A stretch of 64,000 bases of DNA from Microcoleus sp. (GCA_052279835.1 CP181291.1:864001-928000); one strand, 5' to 3'. Numbered from the stretch's first letter, positions 1-11,579 are shown. Notes: a model not told the origin generated them from the sequence alone. Numbers and translations are program-made.

Positions 1-903
1 CTGTTTTTTATGCTGATGGGTTTGCTGTTATTTGTTCTACCCAAGTTTGTGCCAGTTTCTACTCCGGTTTTGTCTGCGTATATTCTCACAAGTACCTATT
101 TGATGTCTCCATTTCAGAATATTTTGCAAAGGTTGCCGGCGATTTTTCGGGCTAATACTTCAGTGGAAAAGATAGAGAGAATGGGATTGGCTTTGGCTAG
201 TCAATCTGAGATTAATTCTGTGGTAAAAAGGGTGGCAAGTGCTGATTGGCACACTCTTGAATTAAAGGGGGCGACTCACAGCTATCCGGGAGACAAAGAA
301 GACAGCAATTTTATTTTGGGTGAGATCAGTTTGAAGTTTTATGCGGGTGAGTTGGTGTTTATAATTGGTGGAAATGGCAGCGGTAAGTCTACTTTGGCTA
401 AGTTGATTTCTGGTTTATATATTCCTGAATCTGGAGAAATTTTGCTAGATGGACAGCGGATTACTGATGAGAATCGAGAGTGGTATAGGCAGCATTTTTC
501 AGTAATATTTTCTGATTTTTATTTATTTGAAAGGCTTTTGGGAATGACTAACCACGATTTGGATAAGCAGGCGGCAGAATATTTGCGAGAGTTTCATTTG
601 GATACTAAAGTGGAGGTGAAAGATGGTATATTATCGACTACGGCTTTGTCTCAGGGACAGCGAAAACGGTTGGCTTTGCTGACAGCGTATTTGGAAGATA
701 GGTCAATTTATTTGTTTGATGAATGGGCTTCGGATCAAGACCCTTTTTTCCGGGATATTTTTTATAAGCAGTTGTTACCGGAGTTGAAGCAGCGGGGGAA
801 AACGGTGTTTGTGATTAGTCACGATGACCGCTATTTTGATATTGCCGATCGCGCAATTAAACTAGATTACGGTAAAATAGAGTATGACCGACAAAATGGA
901 TAA
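1..903 (+). CDS. Cyclic-peptide export ABC transporter (PvdE/SyrD/YojI family), 5'-partial
   Basis: Frame open from base 1; Walker A GGNGSGKST, signature LSQGQRKRLAL and family-typical FDEWASDQDPFFR. Confidence 0.9.
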   Translation: MFFMLMGLLLFVLPKFVPVSTPVLSAYILTSTYLMSPFQNILQRLPAIFRANTSVEKIERMGLALASQSEINSVVKRVASADWHTLELKGATHSYPGDKEDSNFILGEISLKFYAGELVFIIGGNGSGKSTLAKLISGLYIPESGEILLDGQRITDENREWYRQHFSVIFSDFYLFERLLGMTNHDLDKQAAEYLREFHLDTKVEVKDGILSTTALSQGQRKRLALLTAYLEDRSIYLFDEWASDQDPFFRDIFYKQLLPELKQRGKTVFVISHDDRYFDIADRAIKLDYGKIEYDRQNG

Positions 904-1333
904 TTATCGGATGGTTGAAACTCTGACATCAAGCCAGGTTTCCGATTTGATGGAATTATACAAAAACGAATTCTGGTGTGACAAACGCACCCGCGAGGAT
1001 GTGGTGAAAATGCTCGCCGCCACTGATGTTATCATAGGTTTGGTCGATCAGAGCGATGGCTGGGAGCCCCGCAAGCTACGGCTAATTGCTTTTACCCGCG
1101 TCATCACCGATTTTGTCTACATAGGAACGGTTTTTGATGTCATAGTCCACCCGACACACCGAAAGATGGGACTAGGTTTGAAGTTGATGGATGCAGTGGT
1201 AAATCATCCTAAATTGCAAGCTGTTGAAAGATTAGGACTTTACTGTTTGCCGAAGATGATACCATTTTATGAACGGTGGGGCTTCACTGATGATGTGGGC
1301 GGAGTTAAGTTTTTGCGGCGAACAACTGGCTAA
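884..1333 (+). CDS. GNAT family N-acetyltransferase
   Basis: DVIVHPTHRKMGLG acetyl-CoA motif and FYERWGF. Confidence 0.85.
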   Translation: MTDKMDNYRMVETLTSSQVSDLMELYKNEFWCDKRTREDVVKMLAATDVIIGLVDQSDGWEPRKLRLIAFTRVITDFVYIGTVFDVIVHPTHRKMGLGLKLMDAVVNHPKLQAVERLGLYCLPKMIPFYERWGFTDDVGGVKFLRRTTG

Positions 1334-1335
1334 AT

Positions 1336-1695
1336 TCAGCTTGTTGAAAGCCCCAGTTTGTCTCTAATTGCGTCTTCTTTGAAACCTACTAAAACCGCTG
1401 TTCCGTCTTTAACAAACAGAGGACGTTTTAGCAGCATCGCATCCTTAGCAAACGCCTCAATCCACTCTTTGTTTGTCCAATTGTTCCGAACTTCGCCCAA
1501 GGCGCGGTAAGATTGACCGGAAGTATTTCGCATGGGTTGAAACCCCAAGGAATTTACCCATTTTTCAATCATTTCGCGAGTGGGTGGATTTTCTTTGGTG
1601 TTAATGAACTGATAGGTAACTGCATTATCTTCCAGCCACTTGAAGGCTTTTTTGCAGGTTCCACAGTTGGGGATTCCGTAAACTTGAATTGACAT
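1336..1695 (-). CDS. ArsC/Spx family reductase-like protein
   Basis: MSIQVYGIPNCGTCKKA (CxxC) and LLKRP; true start taken at ATG 1695 because the longer ORF start lies in an STRR repeat. Confidence 0.85.
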   Translation of the reverse strand: MSIQVYGIPNCGTCKKAFKWLEDNAVTYQFINTKENPPTREMIEKWVNSLGFQPMRNTSGQSYRALGEVRNNWTNKEWIEAFAKDAMLLKRPLFVKDGTAVLVGFKEDAIRDKLGLSTS

Positions 1696-1700
1696 AATAT

Positions 1701-1760
1701 TTGGGCATTGGGCATTGGGCATTGGGCATTGGGCATTGGGCATTGGGCATTGGGCATTGG
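1701..1760. repeat. STRR heptamer tandem repeat (TTGGGCA)n
   Basis: About 8 tandem copies seen directly. Confidence 0.95.
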
Positions 1761-1808
1761 AATAACGAATAAGCCCTTGACCCTTCGACTTCGCTCAGGG
1801 AACTGCAA

Positions 1809-1872
1809 ATAACTAATAACTAATAACTAATAACTAATAACTAATGACCAATGACTACTGACTAATGACTAA
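1809..1872. repeat. STRR heptamer tandem repeat (TAACTAA/TGACTAA)n
   Basis: Direct; related tracts at ~14790-14880, 31984-32145, 62845-62890. Confidence 0.9.
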
Positions 1873-2298
1873 TTTAGCATCTTCGACCCATTTTTGCACG
1901 CGATCGACTGAAGGAGTCAAATCGTTCCGCTGCATTGTGGCTACGTGCAGCCTCAATATTTGTTGGTGCAATCTCCCCACGGGCATTTGAGCGAGTTGAG
2001 CCGGAGAAGCAACACCTGCGTGGAGTAACAGCCCGCAATACTTACACCCTACACTGGGAATTCGAGCCAAATTTGCCATCGCTACCCATTTGTTAATATA
2101 TCGAATATCAATGTGCAACTGATGCGCTAGCGATACCTTCGCCGTTGGTGTTTTAGTCTGGCCAATTAGTTGGGCGGTGGTGCTAATTCCGCATCCTGCT
2201 AGTTGAGATTGGTTTTCATTGCTTAATCCTGGCAAATTTGCGATCGGCCAATCCGGCGCTTCCCTAGAACTATAATTGGTTTTATGATAATTTTTCAT
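1855..2298 (-). CDS. DUF4332-type helix-hairpin-helix protein
   Basis: DWPIANLPGL, LARIPSVGCKYCGLLLHAGV pattern. Confidence 0.75.
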   Translation of the reverse strand: MKNYHKTNYSSREAPDWPIANLPGLSNENQSQLAGCGISTTAQLIGQTKTPTAKVSLAHQLHIDIRYINKWVAMANLARIPSVGCKYCGLLLHAGVASPAQLAQMPVGRLHQQILRLHVATMQRNDLTPSVDRVQKWVEDAKLVISQ

Positions 2299-2365
2299 GG
2301 TTTTTTTAAGGATTTTAGTTATATTTTAAAGTATAAATATAAAACAGTCAATAGAGCCGATCGCC

Positions 2366-3754
2366 ATGAATATTTTCCGTGATTACGAATTGTTAACAAT
2401 TGCTTTGCGTCAGCGAAGAGAAAAACTGGCTAGTTTAATTGATTTTCCCACAATTCTCTGGTCTGGTCGCAGTATTTCTCGTAATTATCCGGCTCTGAAG
2501 TTCCCTTTTCGTGCCAGCAGTCACTTTCTCTATTTTGCGGGTTTACCTTTAGAAAATGCGGCGATTCGTTTAGAATTTGGCAAGTTAGAACTGTTCATGG
2601 ATGACGCACTTCCTAGCAGCACCCTGTGGCATGGAGAAATGCCGAAAAGAGCGGAAATTGCGGCACTAATGGGGGCTGATGCTGATTTTCCCATGGCCCA
2701 GTTGAAATCGCGATCGACTGATGCAGCAACTATACCAGTTCAGGATAGTTGGGTTTTGTCGCAACAGTCACAAATGCTCGATCGCCCTTTGACACCATCT
2801 CAATCACCCGCAGGCATTGACCTAGAACTAACCAAGGCAATTATATCACTTCGTCTCACCCAAGATGCTGCAAGTTTGGCAGAATTACGAGCAGCGGCTG
2901 CTGTCACCGTGGCAGCCCACAAAGCCGGAATGGCCGCCACTCCCACAGCTCACATCGAAGCTGGTGTTCGTGCTGCAATGGAAAGTGCGATTATATCACA
3001 AAATATGACCACTGCTTATCCAAGTATTGTTACCCTACACGGAGAAGTGCTGCACAGCGAACATTATTACAATTCGCTACAAACAGGAGATTTACTGTTA
3101 GCAGATGTGGGTGCAGAAACAGCACTGGGATGGGCAGCAGATGTGACTCGCACTTGGCCTGTTTCGGGAAAATTTTCTCCGACTCAGCGCGCCATTTATG
3201 ATGTGGTTTTGGCAGCCCACGATGTTTGTATTGACAAGATTACTCCTGGTGTTGAATACCAAGATATTCATCTGTTAGCTGCTCAGACTATGGCGGCTGG
3301 ATTGGTGGATTTGGGTATTTTGCAAGGTGATGTAGAAGATTTGGTAGCTAGGGATGCTCACGCGCTATTTTTTGTACATGGCATCGGACATTTAATTGGT
3401 TTAGATGTTCACGATATGGAAGATTTAGGCGATTTGGCTGGCTATGCAACAGGAAGAGTTAGAAGCAGTCGTTTTGGTTTGGGATTTCTGCGGTTAAATC
3501 GAGTTTTACAGGAGGGGATGCTGGTATCCATTGAACCTGGATTTTATCAGGTTCCGGCTATTTTGCACAATCCCGAAACTCGGACAAAATATAAAGATTG
3601 TGTAAAGTGGGACGAGTTAGAAAAATTTGGAGATGTTCGGGGAATTAGGATTGAAGATGATATACTCGTAACAGACAGGGGAAGAGAAGTTTTGACTGCA
3701 AAATTGCCTACTCAGGCTTCAGAAATTGAAAATTTAGTTACGGTAAATGCGTAA
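2366..3754 (+). CDS. pepP: Xaa-Pro aminopeptidase (M24B)
   Basis: DVTRTWP, HGIGHLIGLDVHD, IEPGFY and GIRIEDD metal-binding motifs. Confidence 0.9.
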   Translation: MNIFRDYELLTIALRQRREKLASLIDFPTILWSGRSISRNYPALKFPFRASSHFLYFAGLPLENAAIRLEFGKLELFMDDALPSSTLWHGEMPKRAEIAALMGADADFPMAQLKSRSTDAATIPVQDSWVLSQQSQMLDRPLTPSQSPAGIDLELTKAIISLRLTQDAASLAELRAAAAVTVAAHKAGMAATPTAHIEAGVRAAMESAIISQNMTTAYPSIVTLHGEVLHSEHYYNSLQTGDLLLADVGAETALGWAADVTRTWPVSGKFSPTQRAIYDVVLAAHDVCIDKITPGVEYQDIHLLAAQTMAAGLVDLGILQGDVEDLVARDAHALFFVHGIGHLIGLDVHDMEDLGDLAGYATGRVRSSRFGLGFLRLNRVLQEGMLVSIEPGFYQVPAILHNPETRTKYKDCVKWDELEKFGDVRGIRIEDDILVTDRGREVLTAKLPTQASEIENLVTVNA

Positions 3755-3813
3755 GTACATCTCAAAATAGAGGTTTACTTGTGCAGTTAAATTGGGTGTG
3801 AAACAAGATAAAT

Positions 3814-5505
3814 ATGAACAAAGCTTGGAAGGTAGATTTTTTAATGCTGGTGGAAAGGCTGGTAGCACAAGTGCAAAAAATCGCAACAGCGACAGTTGCG
3901 AGCATTTTTCGGAAAGCTGTATCCCCACCGCCACCCATGCAAGCTGCAATCTTCCCTAGCAATGAAGAAGAAAGGCTACAAGCACTTCACGATTATAATA
4001 TTCTCGATACAGATGCAGAAGGAGCTTTTGATGATTTAACAGCTTTGGCCTCCCATATTTGTGGTACTCCCATTGCTTTAGTTAGTTTAGTTGATGCTAA
4101 TAGGCAATGGTTTAAATCAAGAGTTGGTTTAGAAGCAATGGAAACTCCTAGAGAGTTGGCGTTTTGCGCTCATGCTATTTTAAAGCCAAATGAATTGCTA
4201 GTTGTACCCGATGCTACAGAAGATGAGCGCTTTGCTGGGAATCCTTTAGTCACTTCTAATCCCAATATTCGATTCTATGCTGGCACTCCTTTAGTAACTG
4301 CTGATGGTTTTCCGATTGGGACTTTGTGTGCGATCGATACAGTCCCTCGGCATCTGAGTCCGGAACAATTAGAAGCGCTCAGGGTTTTAGGAAGACAAGT
4401 AATCAGTCAAATGGAGTTGCGGATTAATTTAGTTAAGTTAAATCGCTCCATCAAAAGGCAAAAACAAGTAGAAGCAAAATTGCGGGCTTCTGATGAGCAA
4501 ATTGTGAATTTTTTAGAAGGAATGAGCGATGCTTTTTTTGCTTTAGATCCCCATTGGCGATTTACCTATGTCAATTATAAAGCTGCTAAATTCTTGGAGC
4601 GCCAACCGGAAGAAATTTTTGGTAAAAATATCTGGCAAGAGTTTCCCGATTTGTTTAGTGCAGTATTTTACCAAGAGTTTCAGGAAGCTGTATCTAGACA
4701 AGTGGGAATGAGTTTTGAAAAATATTATCGTCATTTAAAAGTTTGGTTGGAAGTTAGAGTTTTTCCTTCCCATGACGGCATTTCTGTGTTTTTTCATGAC
4801 ATCACGAAACGTAAGCGGATTGAATCGGCTCTCAGGAAAGAACAGAAAAAAACTAATGGTTTATTGCTAAATATTTTACCAGAGGCGATCGCCGACAGAT
4901 TGAAGTCCCAACCGGGGGTGATTGCTGACAAGTTTGAACACACCACTGTCCTGTTTGCTGATTTGGTGAATTTTACTCAAATTTCTACCACGATGTCGGC
5001 GACTAAATTGGTGTACTTGCTCAATGAAATTTTCTCAACTTTCGACAAATTAACAGAAAAGCACGGTTTAGAAAAAATTAAGACGATCGGGGATGCTTAT
5101 ATGGTAGCGGCTGGTATTCCCATTCAACGGCTAGATCACGCAGAGGCGATCGCCGAAATGGCGATGGATATGCTAGCAGCAATTAAGGAATTAAATGTAA
5201 AGTTAGAAGCGACATTTGACCTCCGCATTGGGATTAATAGCGGCCCGGTGGTAGCGGGAGTCATTGGTACTAAAAAATTTATTTACGATTTGTGGGGAAA
5301 TGCTGTAAATACAGCCAGCCGTATGGAATCTCACGGCCTACCAGGTCGGATTCAAGTTAGCATCTATAGTTACCAATTACTCCAGGAAAAATATGAATTT
5401 GAAGAACGGGGCTTGATCGAGATTAAAGGCAAGGGGGAAATGCGGACTTATCTCCTGAAGGGGAGGAAAACCTCAAGTGACGATCCAAATAAGATTATGC
5501 TATAG
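3814..5505 (+). CDS. GAF-PAS class III adenylate/guanylate cyclase (start may be ATG 3937)
   Basis: GAF (FYAGTPL), PAS, cyclase motifs [36 protein letters not shown]. Confidence 0.9.
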   Translation: MNKAWKVDFLMLVERLVAQVQKIATATVASIFRKAVSPPPPMQAAIFPSNEEERLQALHDYNILDTDAEGAFDDLTALASHICGTPIALVSLVDANRQWFKSRVGLEAMETPRELAFCAHAILKPNELLVVPDATEDERFAGNPLVTSNPNIRFYAGTPLVTADGFPIGTLCAIDTVPRHLSPEQLEALRVLGRQVISQMELRINLVKLNRSIKRQKQVEAKLRASDEQIVNFLEGMSDAFFALDPHWRFTYVNYKAAKFLERQPEEIFGKNIWQEFPDLFSAVFYQEFQEAVSRQVGMSFEKYYRHLKVWLEVRVFPSHDGISVFFHDITKRKRIESALRKEQKKTNGLLLNILPEAIADRLKSQPGVIADKFEHTTVLFADLVNFTQISTTMSATKLVYLLNEIFSTFDKLTEKHGLEKIKTIGDAYMVAAGIPIQRLDHAEAIAEMAMDMLAAIKELNVKLEATFDLRIGINSGPVVAGVIGTKKFIYDLWGNAVNTASRMESHGLPGRIQVSIYSYQLLQEKYEFEERGLIEIKGKGEMRTYLLKGRKTSSDDPNKIML

Positions 5506-5581
5506 AGAGAGATATCCGATCCCTAATGGGCCCGGTACTCACCTATATAAATATTAAGTTGAAGTCCTTGGAGCCTTTAAG

Positions 5582-6569
5582 ATGGTTCAATTTCATATTC
5601 AAACAGATAGTGACATTCCAGCCTCCACGCAACTGTTCAATCAAATCAGGTTTGCGATCGCCTCGCGACAATTTCCGCCAGGGGGGACACCGATTACCCA
5701 GTACCAGACAACTAGCCATGCAGACGGGTTTGCACCGCAACACCATCAGCAAAGTTTACCGACAGCTAGAAAATACTGGACTCGTGGAAGCTCAAGCCGG
5801 ATCGGGGATTTACGTGCGGGCTCAAGGCCACGAAGGCGGCAGTAAACTCAAATCTCCCATCCTGGATGAATATCCTCTGGCAAACAAGATAGTGCAAGAA
5901 AGCCTGGATCAACTGCTGGGACAGGGCTGTACCCTCAACCAAGCCAGGGAATTATTTTTGGCCGAAATTGACTGGCGTCTCCGGTGCAGCGCGCGGGTGG
6001 TCGTCACAGCCCCCGCAGAAGACATCGGCGTCGGAGAGTTGATGGCGAAAGAACTCGAACAAGCTTTGCGTATCCCCATACAGTTGGTGGCGATGGAAGA
6101 TTTGGGTACTTTTTTGGATCAAATCTCTTCTGGAACTGTCATCACTAGCCGCTATTTTATCGGAGAGGCTGAGTCGATCGCCGCACCTCGTTCTGTGCGA
6201 GTTATTCCCGTAGACATTTACGATTATGTTCAGGAGATCAAGTTAGTGGGGGGTTTACCGAAAGACAGTTATTTGGGTTTGGTCAGTCTCAGCCCTGGTA
6301 TGCTGCGATCGACTGAAGTAATCATTCACAGTTTCCGGGGAGAGGATTTGCTGGTGATGACGGCGCTGCTGTCAGACACCTACAAAATTAACTCCATCGT
6401 GCGATCGGCCAGAACAATCTTTTGCGACCAACCAAGTTTTGCTACAGTAAAAGCTGCGATTAACGCGGCCAGAGAAGATATTATTCGTCCGCCTCAACTG
6501 GTATGCTGCGAAAATTACATCGGTTCTAAGTCGATTAATTTGCTCAAGCGCGAGTTGGGCTTAGGATAA
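5582..6569 (+). pseudogene. plmA: PlmA GntR-family regulator, frameshifted at G6 run 5681-5686 (or sequencing error)
   Basis: N-terminus MVQFHIQTDSDIPASTQLFNQIRFAIASRQFPPG lies in one frame; HRLPSTRQLAMQTGLHRNTISKVY continues in the +1 frame. Confidence 0.8.
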
Positions 6570-6641
6570 GTCAGTTGACCCGAAAGCAGTTAAAGTTGTT
6601 ATTTGTTGTTCTAATAACGAATAACCCATAACCCATCACCC

Positions 6642-7310
6642 ATGAATATTGAAATGCAGCCTTCAATTAATGTCAAAACAGCCATCGAAAGCCGCCGGGC
6701 TGCCCGCAGTTTCAGACCCGATCTAATTCCCCCAGAAATTATCAAAGAGATTTTACGCTTGGGAGTGCGATCGCCTTCGGGTTACAACTTACAGCCTTGG
6801 CGGTTCATCATACTCCAAGACCAAACAAGTAAGGAAAAATTAAAAGCCTGTGCTTTCGATCAGCGCCAAGTTGTAGAAGCCCCCATTGTATTAATTTGCT
6901 GTGGCGATCGGCGCGCTGCTCAACCCGAAAACATTGAAGCAGTAATTGAATTGGGTAAAGCCGTGGGTGGGGTCAATGACACTTTAGCCGATTATATACG
7001 CGGCGCAATCCCGCAATTGTTCGAGTCTCATCCTAGTTTTGAGTCCTTAGAAGCTTGGACAAATCGCCACACAATGTTAGCTGTAGCTCATTTAATGATT
7101 GCAGCCAAAAGTTTTGGGGTGGACAGTTGTCCGATGGAAGGTTTTGTAGCCGCCAAGGTGAAAGAAGCCTTTAACATTCCCGAAGCAGTAGATGTTTGTT
7201 GTTTGCTTCCCCTTGGCTATGCACAAGAACCTTTCAAAAAATACGGCGGACGTTTTAATTTGGATCGAGTTTATTACAGCGAAAGTTATGGAGAATCTTT
7301 ACGATTTTAA
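6642..7310 (+). CDS. Nitroreductase family protein
   Basis: RRAARSF, SPSGYNLQPWRF, DSCPMEGF. Confidence 0.9.
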   Translation: MNIEMQPSINVKTAIESRRAARSFRPDLIPPEIIKEILRLGVRSPSGYNLQPWRFIILQDQTSKEKLKACAFDQRQVVEAPIVLICCGDRRAAQPENIEAVIELGKAVGGVNDTLADYIRGAIPQLFESHPSFESLEAWTNRHTMLAVAHLMIAAKSFGVDSCPMEGFVAAKVKEAFNIPEAVDVCCLLPLGYAQEPFKKYGGRFNLDRVYYSESYGESLRF

Positions 7311-7536
7311 AATGAAAATTTTAGATTTTAGACTTACCCTAGAAGGGTGCATCATTAATAGGACTTACGAATTTCAACATGATGCTGTCATTCACAAAGG
7401 TTGCCCAGCATCTCAAATTATGGCAAAAAAAGTCATACTGCGTAAGTTCTATTTAACACAGACAACGGAGATATCGAAAATTTCAAATATCAAATCGAAA
7501 ATTGTTAGTGTGGTGGGATACTGAGGAACAATTAAT

Positions 7537-9450
7537 ATGAAAGTAGCAGCGCGACAAAGCAGAGCGGAAATTCTCGAAGTAGATTTACAGAAGCATTTAC
7601 AAGCAGCCGGATTTAAAAATTTACCACTTTATCTAAGCTGCGATTTTCAAGAAGCATCTTTAACCGTAGTTGGAGAACATCCGCGCAGTTTGGTTCTCAA
7701 AGCTAAACAAACTTTTGCGGTGCTAGAAGCAGCAATTCTGGAATTGCAACCCCAATCTATTCAACAGATTGGACTTTGCCTGAAAATTACCGGGCAAAAA
7801 CAGCCCTATGCGTTTCATTCTTTTACCATGAATCACCCTGTTTTGTCAAGGACAAAAACAGTCGAAATATGGCAAAAAGCCGCAGCAATACCCGCAGATT
7901 CAACGGAAAGTGCGATCGTACTTAAAGTACCGGAGACGGAGCAGACAACCCAGACAGCTCATGTATCGGATGTAGCTAGTGAATCGCCCAGGGAAACAGA
8001 GGAGAAAAACCCCTGGTTTGAGGAAACTTTTCCCGATGTGTGGGAGACTCCCAGCCATGAGGAACCGATCGCCTTTAAAGTCTCAGCAATACCGACAGAT
8101 GGCGAGCTAAATCCCTTCGATCCGCTGGATTTAGAACCAGTCACCGTCACCAAAAAACCCAAGCATTCACCGTTTGTGAGCTTAGCTGTAGTAGCTATTT
8201 CTAGTGTGGCGATCGTAGTTTTGGGAGGCGTTTATTACCTGCTGAGTCGCCCTTGCGTTATCGGCGAATGTACCCCATTGGCTGAGGCTCAACAGTTAAG
8301 CGATAATTCAGTAAGGACGCTCAAAACTTCAAAAGTTGACAATACTCCCGAAGCAGCGCAAGAACAGTTAAAACAGGCGATCACCCTTTTAGAACCTATT
8401 CCATTTTGGTCAATTCATCACGGCAAAGCTGAAGATGAACTTGACAGATACCGCAGGCAAAGTCAGAATTTAAACTTGGCAGTAGATGCCACAAGACTGG
8501 CAGTATCCGCCGCAGAAATCACCGAAAATCCGCCCCATAGTGCACAGAATTGGCAAGAATCCCAGTCTCTGTGGCAAAGTGCGATCGCCAAACTCAAACA
8601 AATTCCCCAAAACAGCACAGCTTATCCCTTTGCTCAGCAAAAGTTAAAGGAATATCGCCAAAAACTAGCAAAGGGAAATAGACAGTTAACCACAGAAAAA
8701 AAAGCCGAAAACCAACTTCTAGACGCCAAAAAGACAGCCCAAATAGCAGAAGCCCGCGCCATAGTAGCTCAGCAAGCAGAAAGTTGGGAACAAGTGCAAG
8801 CAAATTGGCAAAAATCCCTCGACAAGCTATCAGACATTTCCACCAATACGGAATCTTACGAACAAGCGAAAGCGCTGATTCCTCAATACGAAACCAAACT
8901 ATCAGAAGCTAGCGAGCGAAAACAAGTCGAAGAAATCGCAGAAGAGGCTTATACTCAAGCAGTCACACTAGCTGCTCAAGCGAGAATTTTTGAGGAGCGA
9001 AATGCTTGGTTTCAAGCATCAGAACACTGGCGACGAGCCTTGAGTTACGCCGCCAAAGTTCCTCCCACAACTTCTTATTACTTGAAAACCAAACCACTGA
9101 TGCCTTCCTATAGAACTTATTTGCACGAAGCAGAAGTTAAGTTGCAGGAAGAAAGGACTTTACAAAAAGCCCGCACTGATTTAGATAAAACTTGCAAGGG
9201 AAATCCCAAGATTTGCGACTATACTGTTAGCAAAGATTTGATTGCGGTGCAGATGACGCCCGATTACGTGCAGAAACTGCAACAAATTTTCATTCAAGCC
9301 GACTATAACAATGCTACCAAGACTCGTCAAGCTGTAGAAAAGCACGTTCAAACTCTGCAACTCGCTTTGGAGGCGATCGGTGATAACGCCAATATTCCCA
9401 TGCAAGTGTACAATGCCGAAGGCAAGCGCATTGGCACTCACGGGAATTAG
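7537..9450 (+). CDS. Cyanobacterial membrane-anchored helical-repeat hypothetical protein
   Basis: 637-aa ORF, one TM segment, repeated W..A...L..IP..S..Y..AQ helical units. Confidence 0.7.
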   Translation: MKVAARQSRAEILEVDLQKHLQAAGFKNLPLYLSCDFQEASLTVVGEHPRSLVLKAKQTFAVLEAAILELQPQSIQQIGLCLKITGQKQPYAFHSFTMNHPVLSRTKTVEIWQKAAAIPADSTESAIVLKVPETEQTTQTAHVSDVASESPRETEEKNPWFEETFPDVWETPSHEEPIAFKVSAIPTDGELNPFDPLDLEPVTVTKKPKHSPFVSLAVVAISSVAIVVLGGVYYLLSRPCVIGECTPLAEAQQLSDNSVRTLKTSKVDNTPEAAQEQLKQAITLLEPIPFWSIHHGKAEDELDRYRRQSQNLNLAVDATRLAVSAAEITENPPHSAQNWQESQSLWQSAIAKLKQIPQNSTAYPFAQQKLKEYRQKLAKGNRQLTTEKKAENQLLDAKKTAQIAEARAIVAQQAESWEQVQANWQKSLDKLSDISTNTESYEQAKALIPQYETKLSEASERKQVEEIAEEAYTQAVTLAAQARIFEERNAWFQASEHWRRALSYAAKVPPTTSYYLKTKPLMPSYRTYLHEAEVKLQEERTLQKARTDLDKTCKGNPKICDYTVSKDLIAVQMTPDYVQKLQQIFIQADYNNATKTRQAVEKHVQTLQLALEAIGDNANIPMQVYNAEGKRIGTHGN

Positions 9451-9661
9451 TTGGGATTGGAACAGATTTTAGCGTGGGTTGGCGGCGGCGATGAAGTAAA
9501 TATTTAACCGCGACTAATCCACCAACCGCCACGCAAAGTCAAAATATGCGATCGCAAATCCTGTAAAGAACGCTATAAAAAGATGTTAGCAATCAAATGC
9601 TCCAAAAGGTCAAACTTCATAACTTCAAAAGTCATAATAATACAGAACTAAATTTTGATAA

Positions 9662-9898
9662 TTCAGGCCTCCATGCACTCGTAGGACAAAACAGTTCTGT
9701 TACATTGTTGATGAACTTACTCCGTCTCAAGTTCATGTATTAAGTAACAATAACTCCGGTGTGACTCGTTGCAAAAGATTAGATGAACATCCTGATGTAG
9801 AATGGGCAAAACAAACTTTAACCACCGGAGAATTCTGGGATGCAGAGGGAGAAGATTGGGAAGAACGATTAATTCCCATCATTGGATCTTCTGAGTAA
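9662..9898 (+). pseudogene. Possible gene remnant (open frame without ATG)
   Basis: Stop-to-stop frame reads protein-like ...LDEHPDVEWAKQTLTTGEFWDAEGEDWEERLIPIIGSSE*; only a GTG start at 9761. Confidence 0.3.
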
Positions 9899-9973
9899 AA
9901 GTCGAACCTAAACACCTTACAGCTATAAGTAGCACGTAAAACTACTTTTTGAATAAATCCAGTTTATGCCAAA

Positions 9974-10615
9974 CTAATCAGTATCCCCAGGAATCTCATC
10001 CGCAATCAATCCAGCTTGAAAAACCTGTTGCGCCGTCAAATTCAACTCAGGGAAAGTTGGCGACTCAATCCGATCTTCTCCCTGAAACAAACTCACCTCG
10101 TATTCGCCATCAATCAACCGATAAACCGAAATAGTCGGTTGCTTGGGATTACCAATAAATCTGCGGCCCCCCAAACCGAGATAATCCACAATCCAGTATT
10201 CAGGAATCCCGATTAGTTCGTATTCACCTACTTTTTTGATGTAATCATCTTGCCAATTCGTGCTCACGACTTCAACAACCAGCGGAATTGATGCCCCTTG
10301 AGTCACAGTGGAGAATTTTTTCCACAGAGGTTCTGATGCTAAATTCGGACGATTTAAGATCAGAATATCGGGCGAATAAGCTGATTCGTTTTCTGGGGGC
10401 TTAACTAATGCTTGTCCGGGGATGAAGTACGGAAGGTTTAGCCGATCGAATTCTACTGTCAATTTTCTTGCGGAAAAACCGATAACTTCTTCATGGTCTC
10501 CTAAAGGCTGTGACATTTCAACAATCTCTCCATTGTGCAGTTCATAGCGTCCGTTTTCTGGCTTCCATTCCGCAAATTCTTCAAAAGTTAGCGTTTTAGT
10601 TGCTATTTGAATCAT
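9974..10615 (-). CDS. Uma2 (DUF820) family PD-(D/E)XK endonuclease-like protein
   Basis: YELHNGEIVEM, SPDILIL, LVVEVVS, GIPEYWIVD. Confidence 0.9.
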   Translation of the reverse strand: MIQIATKTLTFEEFAEWKPENGRYELHNGEIVEMSQPLGDHEEVIGFSARKLTVEFDRLNLPYFIPGQALVKPPENESAYSPDILILNRPNLASEPLWKKFSTVTQGASIPLVVEVVSTNWQDDYIKKVGEYELIGIPEYWIVDYLGLGGRRFIGNPKQPTISVYRLIDGEYEVSLFQGEDRIESPTFPELNLTAQQVFQAGLIADEIPGDTD

Positions 10616-10672
10616 GGTTATTCTCCTTTATTACCAATTCCAATGCGCAATAGCCAATGCCTAATTTCCAAA

Positions 10673-11452
10673 TTACCATTTAATCAATTGTGCATCTTGA
10701 TTAAAAAATCTGCGATACAATCCTTCAGTCAATAGCAAAGTTGCGATTAAAGTTGCCAGCGCTAACACAAACATAATCAAAATCTGGTAAGATGCTGCAT
10801 CCAGAGGGGCAACACCACTGAGCATTTGACCTGTCATCATACCGGGCAAAGTCACAATTCCCACAACCGTCATTGTATTTAAAGTGGGGATTAATCCAGC
10901 TTTAATAGCATCTTTGCGATACTGCTTTACTGCTTGCTGGGGGGTGGCTCCTAAACTCAAATGGGTTTCTATTTCTAACTGACTGCTATTAATTGTACTC
11001 ACGAGTCTTTCACCGGCGATCGCCCCGGAATTCATGGCATTTCCTAATATCATCCCCGCTAAAGGAATCAGGTATTGTGGTTCGTACCAAGGCTCAGGTT
11101 GTAGGATGAGCAAATTTGTATAGGCCAAAGTCAAGGCTGTGCCGATCAAAATTGAACCCGAAACTAAAGGTAGTAAATTTTTGATTTTTTTGCTGATGCG
11201 GTTGGTGGCGACTACGCTAGCTGTTGTCACCATGATTGCTAAGACTGCTAAAACCAGCCAAGGATTTTTAGCATTGGGGTCAAATACGACTGCCAGCACG
11301 TAGCCGACTAAGATTAACTGGATCAGGGTGCGCCCCGCGGCGATCGCGATCGACCCGGACATTCCCAATTCCTGCCAAGCCGAAAGCCCGATCGCGATCG
11401 CCACCATCCCCAAAGCCCAACCCAAATCCGTAAAATCTAGCAAAATTAACAC
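10673..11452 (-). CDS. fetB: FetB/UPF0014 ABC permease (start uncertain; GTG 11452 chosen)
   Basis: IPLAGMILGNAM, GIVTLPGMMTGQMLSG, YQILIMF. Confidence 0.8.
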   Translation of the reverse strand: MLILLDFTDLGWALGMVAIAIGLSAWQELGMSGSIAIAAGRTLIQLILVGYVLAVVFDPNAKNPWLVLAVLAIMVTTASVVATNRISKKIKNLLPLVSGSILIGTALTLAYTNLLILQPEPWYEPQYLIPLAGMILGNAMNSGAIAGERLVSTINSSQLEIETHLSLGATPQQAVKQYRKDAIKAGLIPTLNTMTVVGIVTLPGMMTGQMLSGVAPLDAASYQILIMFVLALATLIATLLLTEGLYRRFFNQDAQLIKW

Positions 11453-11579
11453 AGGAACTCCGTTTCGATAAAGTGATTGTTGGCGCGTCAAAATATAAGA
11501 TATTGCAATAAAGGTGTCTGGGAAACAGTTTTGCTGCAAGAATTTGGTTTGATAATGGTTGAAATTTATGGTGTGAAGA

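Noticed and set aside
1569..1808. ORF and N-terminal extension with MPNAQCP repeats
   Set aside because: Translation of a non-coding STRR tract
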